A stretch of DNA of 64,000 nucleotides from Octopus vulgaris (lineage: Eukaryota). Shown here in pieces: positions 24,497 to 37,077 of this stretch (within the stretch, counting starts at the first letter, position 1; each line of letters starts with the position of its first letter). Location: assembly GCA_951406725.2 (NCBI GenBank), contig OX597833.1, positions 61,628,001 to 61,692,000 on the forward strand, read 5' to 3'. Below the pieces are notes generated by a model. That model made no database searches and had not been told where the DNA came from. It was given only the letters and a program-made list of their open reading frames with translations. The translations under genes were made by a program, and so were the position numbers.

Positions 24497-25968
24497 GGAT
24501 CGTTTCGGTTTGAACGGCAGTTTTTAAAAATAATTTACACGTAGGAGTGGCTGTGTGGTAAGTAGCTTGTTTACCAACCACATGGTTTTGGGTTCAGTCC
24601 CACTGTGTGGCACCTTGGGCAAGTGTCTTCTACCATAGCCTCGGGCCGACCAAAGCCTTGTGAGTAGATTTGGCAGATAGAAACTGAAAGAAGCCTGTCG
24701 TATATATGTATATATATATATATATGCGTGTGTGTGTTTGTATGTCTGTGTTTGTCCCCCTAGCATTGCTTGACAACCGATGCTGGTGTGTTTACGACCT
24801 CGTAACTTAGCGGTTCGGCAAAAGAGACCAATAGAATAAGTACTGGGCTTGCAAAAGAATAAGTCCTGGGGTCGAGTTGCTTGATTAAAGGTGGTGCTCC
24901 AGTATGGCCGCAGTCAAATGACTGAAACAAGTAAAAGAGTAAAAGAGAGAGAGAGAGTAACTAAACACTTTTAAACTTCGTATACTGGTAGAATGTGTTT
25001 ATAAAACATCTTTTTCTCTTGGCTGTCTTGAGAAAATTCTATAGTTTGTAAGATATTTGTTGTTTTTTCCCTTCAATTTCTGCAATTTCAACCAATCAAT
25101 GATGTCTATTGAGCTGAAAACATTCTGTGTGGTATGAATATGTTCCTTGTTTAAGAAACAGATTGGGTTTATTTACATTTGTGAAGAAAAAAAAATACCC
25201 TTCCCCCACCTCTAACCCTAACCCTAAAAGAGATTGAAATGCAATAGATCGATACTAGGGTCATAATTACGGTGACAATTTCATATGACATGCTAGAAAA
25301 AACTGCCGTTCAAACCGAAAAGATCCCATCTTTTTCTCTTGGCTTTCTTGAAAAAATTCTGTAGTTTGTAAGATATTTTCTTCAATTTTGGCAATTTCAA
25401 CCAATCAATGACGTCTATTGAGGTGAAAACATTATTTGACGTAAAATTTTCTGGTGTTGAAATATGAAAATGTCCCGCGTTTAAGAAACAGATTGGGTTT
25501 ATTTACATTTCTGAAGTAAAAAAGATACCTTTCCCCTCACTCCTAACCCTAACCCAAACTCTAACCGTAAAACAGATTGAAATGCAATAGATCGATACTA
25601 GGGTCATAATTATGGGTGGACACTAAAGAGGGAACGGTTTTGTTATCCAGCTGTTTACGAGTGACCCGTCAGTTTATGGCCAATGGGTATCTTTTTTCTC
25701 ATAAAAAAAAACAGGGACATTTTCATATGACGCCGCCATAAAATGTTACGGCAGAAATCGTTTTCACATCAATAGACGTCATTGATTGGTTGAAATTGCC
25801 GAAATGCAAGAAATTAAAGACCAAATATCTTACAAACTATAGAATTTTCTCAAGAAAGCCAAGAGAAAAACATGTTTTATAAACACATTTTACCAGTATA
25901 CGAAGTTTAAAATTTTTTAGTTACATAGAAATTATTTTAAAAAACTGCCGTTCAAACCGAAAAGATCC
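24497..25968. mobile_element. Merlin-like non-autonomous element with nested SINE and duplicated internal end
   Basis: GGATC..GGTTTGAACGGCAGTTTTT / AAAAACTGCCGTTCAAACCGAAAAGATCC ends; 8-bp TSD ATGACATT/ATGGCATT; extra right end at ~25300-25326. Confidence 0.75.
24541..24950 (+). mobile_element. SINE family A, full length
   Basis: gtaggagtggctgtgtggtaag ... gactgaaacaagtaaaagag. Confidence 0.88.
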
Positions 25969-26532
25969 ATGGCATTTTTTCACAGAATACTTTTACTTTT
26001 ATACTTTTAGTTGGTGGTGCAAAAACTGCTGCTGTTACCGTCTGAGATTACTTTAACAGATTTTATTACTTTTTCAATTTTTAATGGCTTGTGATGACCC
26101 TCCTCTTACGTTCTGGAAATTCATGAGTATCCTTTTCGCCATAACGGTGTCCCAACAGAGCTGAGTTTATTGACACGAAATTGAGTTGACTCGAAATGGG
26201 AGAACCACATGCAACAAGTTGAAGGAACATGGGCCGGCATAACATTTCAGTAATAAACGAGGCTCTGGGAAACAACTCTTTTAAGGTTGAAGCTAATAAA
26301 ACGGTGAAATGGGTAACAAAACATGGCAGACAATACAGTTGTTTCGCTAGAAATGAAATTGTAAGATTCCTTCTGCATCTGTTAAAATCGAAGTTGCTTG
26401 TATAGTGCAGCGATTTTATAGAAGTTAAGTTGGTGAAGGTGGTGGTGCCTGTTATATGTATCCTTAAATCCTTAAAAATGTTTCAGCCCGAAGGTCGCGG
26501 CCATGCTGGGGCACCACTGCTGTATATATACT

Positions 26533-26938
26533 CTTTTACTCTTTTACTTGTTTCAGTCATGTGACTGCGGCCATACTGGAGCACCGCCTTTAATCGAGCA
26601 ACTCGACCCCGGGACTTATACTTTTGCAATCCCAGTACTTATTCTATTGGTCTCTTTTGCCGAACCGCTAAGTAACGGGGACGTAAACACACCAGCATCG
26701 GTTGTCAAGCAATGCTAGGGGGACAAACACAGACATACAAACACACACACGCATATATATATATATACATATATACGACAGGCTTCTTTCAGTTTCTGTC
26801 TACCAAATCTACTCACAAGGCTTTGGTCGGCCCAAGGCTATAGTAGAAGACACTTGCCCAAGGTGCCACACAGTGGGACTGAACCCAAAACCATGTGGTT
26901 GGTAAACAAGCTACTTACCACACAGCCACTCATGCGCC
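26533..26938 (-). mobile_element. SINE family A, full length, at the start of duplication copy B
   Basis: Reverse complement of the family A consensus; shares variants with the 24541-24950 copy. Confidence 0.88.
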
Positions 26939-27010
<72 letters not shown>

Positions 27011-27029
27011 TAGTATATATATATATATA

Positions 27030-27314
27030 CTAGCAGTATCGCCTGGCGTTGCTCGGGTTTGTAAGGGAAATAACTATATAAGCATTTTTAGAGAGTTACT
27101 TCCCTTATATAACCCGAGCAAAAATCATTAAAAATGCGGAAAAATGATGGTAAATTTTTTTTAAATCGTAGACTCATCGTACACGCGCGCTAAGGGCTCG
27201 ATATGAATGACGACTATAAGATACCCGCTTTTGGTTGAACTGCACCGCAAAATGTGGGAGTAGTTAGGAATCTAAATCGGAGGAGACAGAGTCTCACACA
27301 CACAACTTGAATTT

Positions 27315-27322
<8 letters not shown>
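27030..27322 (-). mobile_element. Non-autonomous Helitron
   Basis: Paralog of 3173-3478. Confidence 0.75.
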
Positions 27323-27377
<55 letters not shown>

Positions 27378-29314
27378 GTAAATTTAAATTTAAAATAATA
27401 AGAGTCAAAAATTGAATATCAATTTCATTTGTAAGAATTTAAAACCAGTGGTGTAGCATATAAGACCATAGCGGATCTTCTTCTAGCAGAATGGATGTCC
27501 AGTTACTGCCCTCCCTGTTATATAATAGTTTCAGTATTTAAGTGAAAGTATCTGACATTACAACAGAGAAATGTTTTTCTTTCACTTTTGACACGTAATA
27601 CTGAAATAGTAGAGAAGATACGATATTGCTGTTGGCTCGCCCTAGGCAAGAAGTTATTATTCTTTTTTGCTCATTACACCACATGGACCCTAATCAAGTC
27701 TAGCAGAATGTATGTCCAGTTACAGTTCATCCCTGTTACGTAATAGTTTCATTTTAATTGTTTCAATATTAAAGTGAAAGTATCTGACATTACAATAGAG
27801 GAATCTTTTCTGTTTGATGGACGGAATTTTCTAGTTAACTAAACAATTTGAAACTTCGTATACTGGTAGAATGTGTCAAAAGAAAACATTATTGTAAAAA
27901 AAATTGAAAACAAAATTGTAATTCGTAACTTAAACGTAGTTTAATTTTACGAATTTTAACTCATGAAATCGCAGCATTCGAGCTCAAATTATTTACTGCG
28001 CACACGTCTTATTCATCCTTGTCTCTTCTGTCTTCTACATGTGCTAGAAATAATAGCTATATCTCATCAATCGATGAATTTCGTCGCCCAATAAAAATAT
28101 TAACGATATTTTTTGAATATTTTCTTTATTTTTTTTTTTACCATGGTTTTGAAGGGACAGAAACAACAAAAACAAAACAATAATATGCCTAAATAGGTCT
28201 CGCGCGTGGAGTGTGAGTAGTATTGTAAAAATTTGCGAAATATTTTTTCATAAAAGGATGCCCCAGCTTGTCGGAAGCTGTGATATAAATTGGGAAAAAA
28301 ATCCTCGACACCAGTGCGTAATTGGTACTTAATTTATCGACCCCGAAACGATGAAACATTGACCCCTTCCCTTCTGGTTTATTTACCTTTTGTGCAAATT
28401 TGTTGCGGCAAGTGGCAAAACACGAACGTGTATGTGTGTGTGTACGCTTATATATTAATTACTATGTGCTTGTGCAAATGTATATGCATGTGTTTGAGAG
28501 AGAGAGAGAGAGAGAGTGTGTGTGTGTGTGTGTGTGTGTCGTGCGTCTGCTATATTTCTTTATCAATATCGATAACGCAGCAATGCTGGGATTTCATTGG
28601 TTAAAATTCGAAGATGTTGGGATTTCATTGGTTAAAATTCGTAAAATTAAACTACGTTTAAGTTACAAATTACAATTTTGTTTACAATAATGTTTTCTTT
28701 TGACACATTCTACCAGTATACGAAGTTTCAAATTGTTTAGTTAACTAGAAAATTCTCCAAAACAGAAAAGATCCCAATAGAGAGATGTTTTACTTTCACT
28801 TTTGACACGTAATACCGGTTAAACCAGTATTCGAGTAGGTCAATGCGGAAGTAAAATGTTTTTACAGAAGTCTTTCACTTTTACTCATTTAGTTGGTGAC
28901 ATTAACGGGCGTTGATATTATTATCTGAGATTCAAAACAGTTTTATTATTTCTAATTTTACAGTTTTATTATTTCTTAATTATTTTACTTCTCCAATCTC
29001 GACTGTTTTACTTTATTAATCCCTTCACAACTTCCAGCATTCCAATAGGACCTGGTTTCCAGAGAGGAACACTTGCACAAAAAGTGACACACTCTCTGTA
29101 TATAATATTCGTTGCCATATATTTACCCTTCTGAGAAGCTTGGATAGAGATTGGATATAGATATTGACTGTTATTATTCATTATATCATTTCTACAAATT
29201 GACCTTTCTTCATTTCACGAATACAACAGAAAGCATAATTTCACAAAAAGAAAACGTACAAATTTTGTTGTCCAAAGAAAATTTGCCTTTTTATACACAC
29301 ACAGCTATAAAGGA

Positions 29315-29365
29315 ATGGCTGAAGAAATGCAGAAAATAACTGGGGAAATGCAGGAAATTCTACTG
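29315..29365 (+). CDS. Putative first coding exon of TPR gene copy B (MAEEMQKITGEMQEILL)
   Basis: ATG at 29315, donor CTG|gtgagt, phase 0 matching the acceptor at 37078. Confidence 0.65.
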
Positions 29366-29756
29366 GTGAGTATATCAATACATACACTCGCTTGAACAAA
29401 TGTACACTCTTTACTCTCTCTTTTACTTGTTTCAGTCATTTGACTGCGGCCATGCTGGAGCACCGCCTTTAATCGAGCAACTCGACCCCGGGACTTATTC
29501 TTTTGTAAGCCCAGTACTTATTCTATCGGTCTCTTTTGCCGAACCGCTAGGTAACGGGGACATCGGTTGTCATGCACACACACTCAAACATATACATATA
29601 TACGACGAGCTTCTTTCAGTTTCCGTCTACCAAATCACAAGGCTATAGTAGAAGACACTTGCCCAAGATGCCATGCAGTGGGACTGAACCCGGAGCCATG
29701 TGGTTGGTAAGCATGCTACTTACCACACAGCCACTCCAGCGCCTATATATATATAT

Positions 29757-32700
29757 CGTCCCAGATGCGATAACACGTGTTCTGCGTAACTTATCAAGTC
29801 TGACAACTTCCGACAGTGTACAAAAGCGTGCTGGACGGTTTCATCGTCCAACCCGCATCTTGGACAAGTCGGTGGCACTGAAATTCCGTGCCGCGATAAC
29901 TTCTCGCGAACAGGTAAAGCATTCCTATAACACTGCCAGGCCAGGGATCTTTGGAAATTATCCAAATACCCCGTCCTGAAAGTCTTTTTAAACAGGTTGG
30001 TAAGCTGGTCTTCGTCAAACCCCAGAGCCCCTCCTAGGACGTCGTCGTTCTTTGCCTCTACCAGCCTGCTATAAAATACCGAGGTGGTGTTTCCGCAGCC
30101 GGCCTTGGCCTGCCTTGTGGATCAGCGTGAGTGCCTGTCGGCACTCCTTTTGCCATAAAGTCAGATTCCGTCTTTTGATGCGACCGGGTTTAAAATTCAC
30201 TAAGGAAGCCGGTCTCGGGAAAAATTCCCCTGCCAGCGGACTCCACACCTTATCACCCTCCAGGTGGTGCCAGAGATGCTTCAGCCTCAACGCATGCCTG
30301 CGCATCATCAACCAAGGCATTCCTAACCCACCCTTTAACGGTTCCTGGCAGCAAACGGAGCGCCTCACAAGTGGCTTTCCTCCCTTCCACAAAAAGCGGA
30401 AAAGGATTCGCTCCAACTTGCTAAGCCATGAATCGGGGCAAGGGACAGCGGTCAGGCGGTAAGTGATTACAGATGCAATGAACATCTGCGCCACCTCCGA
30501 CCTTTCCTTTCAAGGACAGAGACCTTCCGGACCAGGTCGGTACTATGGCCTCCACCTTGTTCGTCACCTCACTCCAATTCCTCTCCGTTTGGGAGTCTGA
30601 CCAAAACCAAACTCCTAGCAACTTAACACTGGACGATATCGACTTGCTCCTCCAGGTGCCGAGGCGCAAGCCAACCGACTTGTCCTTGTTAACCCTTGCT
30701 CCTGCCACCGCCTCGTATCCTCTGATAGCATCTTCTACACAAGGTAGCTGGGCCTCATTGGACACGATGAGGGTGACGTCATCCGCATAAGCAGTAACCG
30801 TCCTCCCACCTCCGATCTCATCCGGGTTACTTCCCAGCCTCTCCAACTTTCGCAGCAATGGCTCGAGAGCCAACACGTATAAAAGTGGTGACAAGAGGCA
30901 CCCTTGACGAACTGAACATTCGATCGAAAACGGTTCCGTTAGGTATCCGTTTATCTGGACGGTGGACTTGATGCCGTTATACATAGCGGAGATCCAACCG
31001 CGAAATTCAGGGCCCAGTCCAGCCGCTTCGAGGACCGTCGCCAGGTACTTATGGTCTACCCTATCGAACGCTTTACTTTGGTCTAAATGGACCATTACCC
31101 CGCCCTTGCCGGTTAATTTACCCACCCTATCTAAGGTGTAGCGTATAAGGTGAAGATTGTCCTGGATCGACCTGCCTGGAATTGCACATGTCTGTGCTTT
31201 CCCTACAAGTTTCTCCACGACAATCGTCAACCTTTTTGCCAACACCTTGGCCAAAATCTTTAACTCTACATTAAGGAGAGTTATGGGCCTGTAATTACTA
31301 ATGTTATCCCCCTTGCTCGGGTCTTTCTGGATTAGCGTCACCACTCCCCGGCTTACAGAACTGGGAATTCTCCCATTCTGCTGCCAGTTCGCGTAGACGC
31401 CTGCCATTATTCCCCCGAACAAGTCCGGCATACTTTGGTAAAACTCGTAGGGCAGACCATCCAACCCCGGCGACTTCTCCCCGGCGCATCCAGCCAGTAT
31501 CCCCTCTATCTCCGCGGGAGTGATCGCTCCTTCACAGCACTCCACCTCACGCCCCGAGAGCCGCGGTCCGCCGGCTAGGAAGTCCTTTAAGGCCCTCCCC
31601 GTTCCGGCGCCACACCACCCCCGAACACGCGGGCGAAATGATGGTGAAGAAACTTTTGCATCTCCTCCTGTCCATAGATCTTTTGTCCCTGTTCGTCAGT
31701 TAAAGACTTGATTGAAGCTTTGTTACCTCTCTGACTCTCCACTCGACGGGCCCATCCGGCAACGTTAATACCTTCTCGTTTCCCAGCGTAGCTTAGCTCT
31801 GACTCTGCAACCTTCGTGTTGGGTACGTACAATGTCCCCCATCACTCGGATGCACGGAAGTCTTCACAATTCAAAATAGACTTGTTCAGCTTCTTCAGTA
31901 CCCGGGTCCCTCTCTATGGCACTTATCTAATTGCACCCTACAAGTCACAAATTTGTGATCCGTGTAAGGCACAATGTGAAACTGTGGACAACTAAACGTA
32001 TCCTTATCTCTTTTCCTAACGAATATCCGATCTATATACGATGTGTGAGCCGTCGTTGTTACTCCAAGTCCACTGTTAACGGTCCACTAGATCAAAGCTC
32101 TCTAGTAGACCCTTGAGGCTAGTTTTCCCCTTCCTATTGGTTGAGCCAACACTGTCGACCCGCGCTTCAAGGACAGTGTTAAAGTCCCCTACTAAGACTA
32201 CCGTTTTCGACGTCGCTAAAAAGGGCTCCAGATTCCGAAAAAAACCCGCCTGCCTACACTCATTCGGAGCGTAGACAGCTACCAACCTGAAGGACTGTTT
32301 ACTTACGTGGGTCACATCCAGAACGACCAGCCTGCCTTCTGGGTCCAGAAAGACAGTACTTACCTGCAAGTCCAAGCTCTTCCTGATAAGGACTGCCACG
32401 CCTCTTCCTCTTCCTCGGCTAGGAGAAATAAATTTCTCAAAACCATTTAGAAGAGGCGAGAACGCTTGGGCCCCGTTCATCTTGGACTCGGTTACAATAG
32501 CTACATCCACTCCGTGTGTCGTGAGGTCGTTCAGGAAATAAATTTGTTTCCATTTCGACCCCATTCCACGCACATTTACGCAACCCAGCTTTGCCATTGT
32601 CGGTGAGAGAAAAAATAAACAAACTTACGGTTGGGACAGGGAGCATGGCAGTTTAAATCTGCCTGCTTCCCCTTCTTCCTCCCTTGTGGTCGTAGCTGGG

Positions 32701-32843
32701 GAGGGGCTTGGCGAACTGTGTTCCAATGAATACAGTGCCGTGGGGGTAGGGCTGGGGAATTTGTTTTGTATGTATGTCTGCGGTGTTTGCTGATTTTTTC
32801 TTTGTTTGGGGAGGGGAGTCCAGGGTGTTATCTTTTTTCTTTT
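29757..32843 (-). mobile_element. L1/Tx1-clade LINE ORF2, paralog of 9507-13083 with extra deletions
   Basis: APE ORF 32076-32597 (GDFN motif); RT ORF 30421-31545 with YADD. Confidence 0.94.
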
Positions 32844-33630
32844 TCAAATTGTTTAGTTAACTAGAAAATTCCGTCCACCAAACAGAAAAGATCCCAATGG
32901 AGAGATGTTTTACTTTCACTTTTGACATGTGATATCGATTCACCAGTATTCGAGTAGGTCAATGCGGAAGTAAAATGTTTTTACAGAAGTCTTTCACATT
33001 TACTCATTTAGTTGGTGACATTAACGGGCGTTGATATTATTATCTGAGATTCCCAAAACAGTTTTTATTATTTCTTAATTATTTTCCCTCTTCAATCTCG
33101 ACTATTTTACTTTATTAATCCCTTCACAACTTCCAGCATTCCAATAGGACCTGGTTTCAGAGAGAACACTTGCACAAAAGTGACACTCTCTTGTATATAA
33201 TATTCGTTGCCATATATTTACCATTCTGAGAAGCTTGGATAGAGATTGGTTACAAATTTAAGTTACAAATTACAATTTTGTTTACAATAATGTTTTCTTT
33301 TGACACATTCTACCAGTATACGAAGTTTCAAATTGTTTAGTTAACTAGAAAATTCCGTCCACCAAACAGAAAAGATCCCAATAGAGAGATGTTTTACTTT
33401 CACTTTTGACATGTGATATATGAGAGATGTTTACTTTCACTTTTGACATGTGATATCAAATTCACCAGTATTCGAGTAGGTCAATGCGGAAGTAAAATGT
33501 TTTTACAGAAGTCTTTCACTTTTACTCATTTAGTTGGTGACATTAACGGGCGTTGATATTATTATCTGAGATTCCCAAAACAGTTTTTATTATTTCTTAA
33601 TTATTTTACTTCTCCAATCTTGACTGTTTT
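32843..33630 (+). repeat. ~360-bp repeat array, shorter than in copy A
   Basis: Matches units at 13082-14558. Confidence 0.8.
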
Positions 33631-34899
33631 AGAATTTTAGAATTTTATCGTAACACAACCATAATAAGAGAAGAATAACCGATCCTAGATTTGGTAGCGT
33701 AGCATCATCTAGTTATTAGCTTTCGAAAATGTTGTGGGGAAAATGAATTCCATTGTTTATTTAAATGGTTTTTCAGTTTCATTAAACACACATACACAAA
33801 TGTATATACACTCTCACACGTTCTCCAGAGTCTACAGTGGGGTATACATACTCACGCACGCACACAGTCGAGTAATGGTAAAGGGTGTGCGTGTGCACAC
33901 GCACACACGCAGAGTCAGAAACGCACGCACACACTTGATCGGGCGTGCGCACACAAAAACACACTCACACACATACACACACACACACACTCACACACAG
34001 AATGTCTTCAATCTTATGCATTGTCAACTTGCCAAATACTTCTTACGTAGAATGTTTCCACAATAGAAAAGTTTCAAATTTTCTAAATAACCGATCCAAT
34101 TTCTTTTCGAACCTATGATAAATTTGATAACCTGATATTATCCAAGCAATTACCCAAGCTACTAGAGGTTAAAAACTCCCTGGGATCTTTTCGGTTTGAA
34201 CGGCAGTTTTTAACATAATTTCTAGGTAACTAAAAAAATTTAAACTTCGTATACTGGTAGAATGTGTTTATAAAACATCTTTTTCTCTTGGCTTTATTGA
34301 GAAAATTCTATAGTTTGTAAGATATTTGTTGTTTTTTTTCTTCAATTTCTGCAATTTCAACCAATCAGTGACGTCTATTGAGTTAAAAAGCATTGTGTGC
34401 CGTATGAATATGTCCCTCGTTTAAGAAACAGATTGGGTTTATTTACATTTGTGAAGAAAAAAAAAGATACCCTTCAACCACCCCTAACTAACCCTAACCC
34501 TAAAACAGATTGAAATGCAATAGATCGATACTAGGGTCATAATTTTGGGTGACAATTTCATATGAAACCGCTAGAAAAAACTGCCGTTCAAACCGAAGAG
34601 ATCCCAAGCTGCTGCTAGTCTTATGACCGCTACAACAGCAATCAAAAAGTTTCATTTTCTGTCGTGTTTTCGTGAGAAAAAAAAATGAACATCGAAGGGG
34701 AATAAATCTTTTATGGTTTGTGTATGATAGTTAAGGAAAGGTTGCCATGATTAATAAAACACGGGAGACAATATATACGTGTGTTCCACAGAGTAATTTC
34801 CCTTGAAATAAATTGTAAAATTCCTTTTCTCTGTATTAAAATCGAGGGCAGCGTTTATATCTCTAAGTTTTTAGTATAGTGATGCAATTTTATAGAAGA

Positions 34900-35271
34900 C
34901 TAGCAGTATAACCCGGCGTTGCTCGGGTTTCTTTCGACCCTTTAGGATTGGAATTTTTGAAAGCTACAAATTTTGCATTATGTAGCTTGTTATTCTCTGA
35001 ACATTTTTCTGGTAGAAATACACTGAAAAATGGCGACAGAGCAGTCAAAAAAAATCGTCAAAATTAGGGATTTTCATAGAAAAAAAGCACCTTTTTGATG
35101 TTAACATGCTCCGATTTGAATTTTTTCTTCTACGGAAGGAAGAGCAAGCCTTCTTCTATCATACTCTCAATTTTGGTCAACTTGTGCCGCAGGGTCTCAG
35201 AGGAGATAGTGTCAGTTGAAGGCTACCAAACCTGCCATACACAGACAACTTCAGCTTTATATAGAGAGAGA
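34900..35271 (-). mobile_element. Non-autonomous Helitron
   Basis: Paralog of 15809-16180. Confidence 0.8.
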
Positions 35272-35488
35272 TTAATTGTACAGAAATATATAATTTCGCT
35301 GCTTTTCGGAGACGCGCACACACACACATGTATGTATATATGAATATGTATAAATGTGTAGGTGAAAGTGTTTGTGTGCGTGTATATGTGTGTGTTATAT
35401 ACTTATAGGCTTGGTTGTGCGGTATAAAAGTTGTTTCTCAACCCTGTGCTACTGGGTTCGGTTTCAATTGTTTCAATTTCTGCCTATA

Positions 35489-36701
35489 CAGGGGTTGGAC
35501 AAAATAATGGAAACACCTTAACGTTTCAAACAAATTTATTTTAATATGGCAGTAATTTTGATATCTGGCAGTAATTACAAGTTGAATTCTATGAGATATG
35601 GACTTGTGCAAAGTTTGAATTCTTTCCAAAGGAATTTTTGTTCAAACAGTCTCCAGTTCTTGTAGTGATGATAGTGGAGGATATCGGCTCCTTCCTTATT
35701 TTTCTAAAATGCACCAATAAGTGTTCTATAATATTGAGACCTGGGGACTGTGGTGGCCATATAAGATGTTCAACCTCACTAAAATGTTCCTCGTACCATT
35801 CAGTAACAACTTTAGCTGTGTGAATTGGTGCATTATCATTCTGAAAGATTGCATTTCGCTCCGAAACAGTTCTGCAACCATTGGATGAATTTGATCAGAT
35901 AAAATGCTTCAATAATCTTGACTATTAATTCTGCCATGAAGGAAAAACATTGGGCCAGCAGATTTCCAAGATATAGCCCCCAAAGCTCATCATTGCAGAT
36001 CCTCTTCCGTGTTTAATAAAAGAAAGCAGTCTGGGTCAAATGCTTCTTTTGGCTGACTCCACAAGTACACTCAGTGGTCGGAAAAAAGGTAAAGGATGAC
36101 TCGTCCAAGAAAATAACATTCATCCACTGCTCTGGGGACCAATTCTGTAGATTTTTTACTCCACTCTAAACGCTTTGCAACGTTTGTTTTTGAAAGTAGT
36201 GGTTTTCTTAACAGTAGCCCTCCCTTGAAATCCTGCCTTTTGTAGCTCCCGGTGAACTGTTCTTGAGGAAACTGGGTTCTCTCTACAGTAATTTAGGGAG
36301 CTGTACTTTTGTGATTCTTTCTAATAATTCGCATAAGAATCCAACGGTCCCTATCTGGAAGTTTTGGTTTTCTTCTGGAGTTTTGTTTCAACGAGGAGGT
36401 TTTTTCCTCTTTCTCAAAGGCTGTCATTACTTTCAAGACTTCTTGATACACCAAACATTTCAGCTGTTTTCGTTATGCTAGCGCCTGCTATACGAGCACC
36501 AACAATTTGACCGCTTTGAAAGTCCGATAGATCTGTCATCTTAATGAATTTTAATTACCTTATTTTGATGATATCTGAAAAGAAAAAGCAATTTTAGCAA
36601 AACATATTAAGCAACACTAATAATAAATCAAAAAACGTTTTGACGGTTTTATAAATATCTCAAAATTATGATGTTATGATGCTAGGTGTTTCCATTATTT
36701 T
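35489..36701 (-). mobile_element. Degenerate Tc1/mariner transposon
   Basis: Paralog of 16389-17619 with the same TIR. Confidence 0.88.
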
Positions 36702-37077
36702 TGCGCGTGTGTGTATGTGTGTGTGAGAGAGTGTTATATCATATTATATTACATAATATAAGTGATCTACAACAGCCTGTCCATCTTGTTGTTGTTGTTG
36801 TTGTTGTTGATGATGATGATGATGATGATGCATTTATCACTCTGTCAAACACACCTCTTACATTGTTCTCTCACTTATTTACGCTCAGTTTTCTGTGCGC
36901 ATATTAAAAACATCGAACATTCGGATCCAAAATGCTCAGCCACTACATCAACCATATCAGACTAGGAAGGTTTGACATTGTTTCATTAACTAAAAATCGA
37001 AAATTGGAGAATATTTTTTTGTCAATGGTAATGTGTGATATCATATTTCATACGCAATCATTTTGTTTTTATTTCAG

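Noticed and set aside
24541-24610. tRNA gene
   Set aside because: tRNA-like A/B boxes are SINE heads running into the SINE body; no complete cloverleaf
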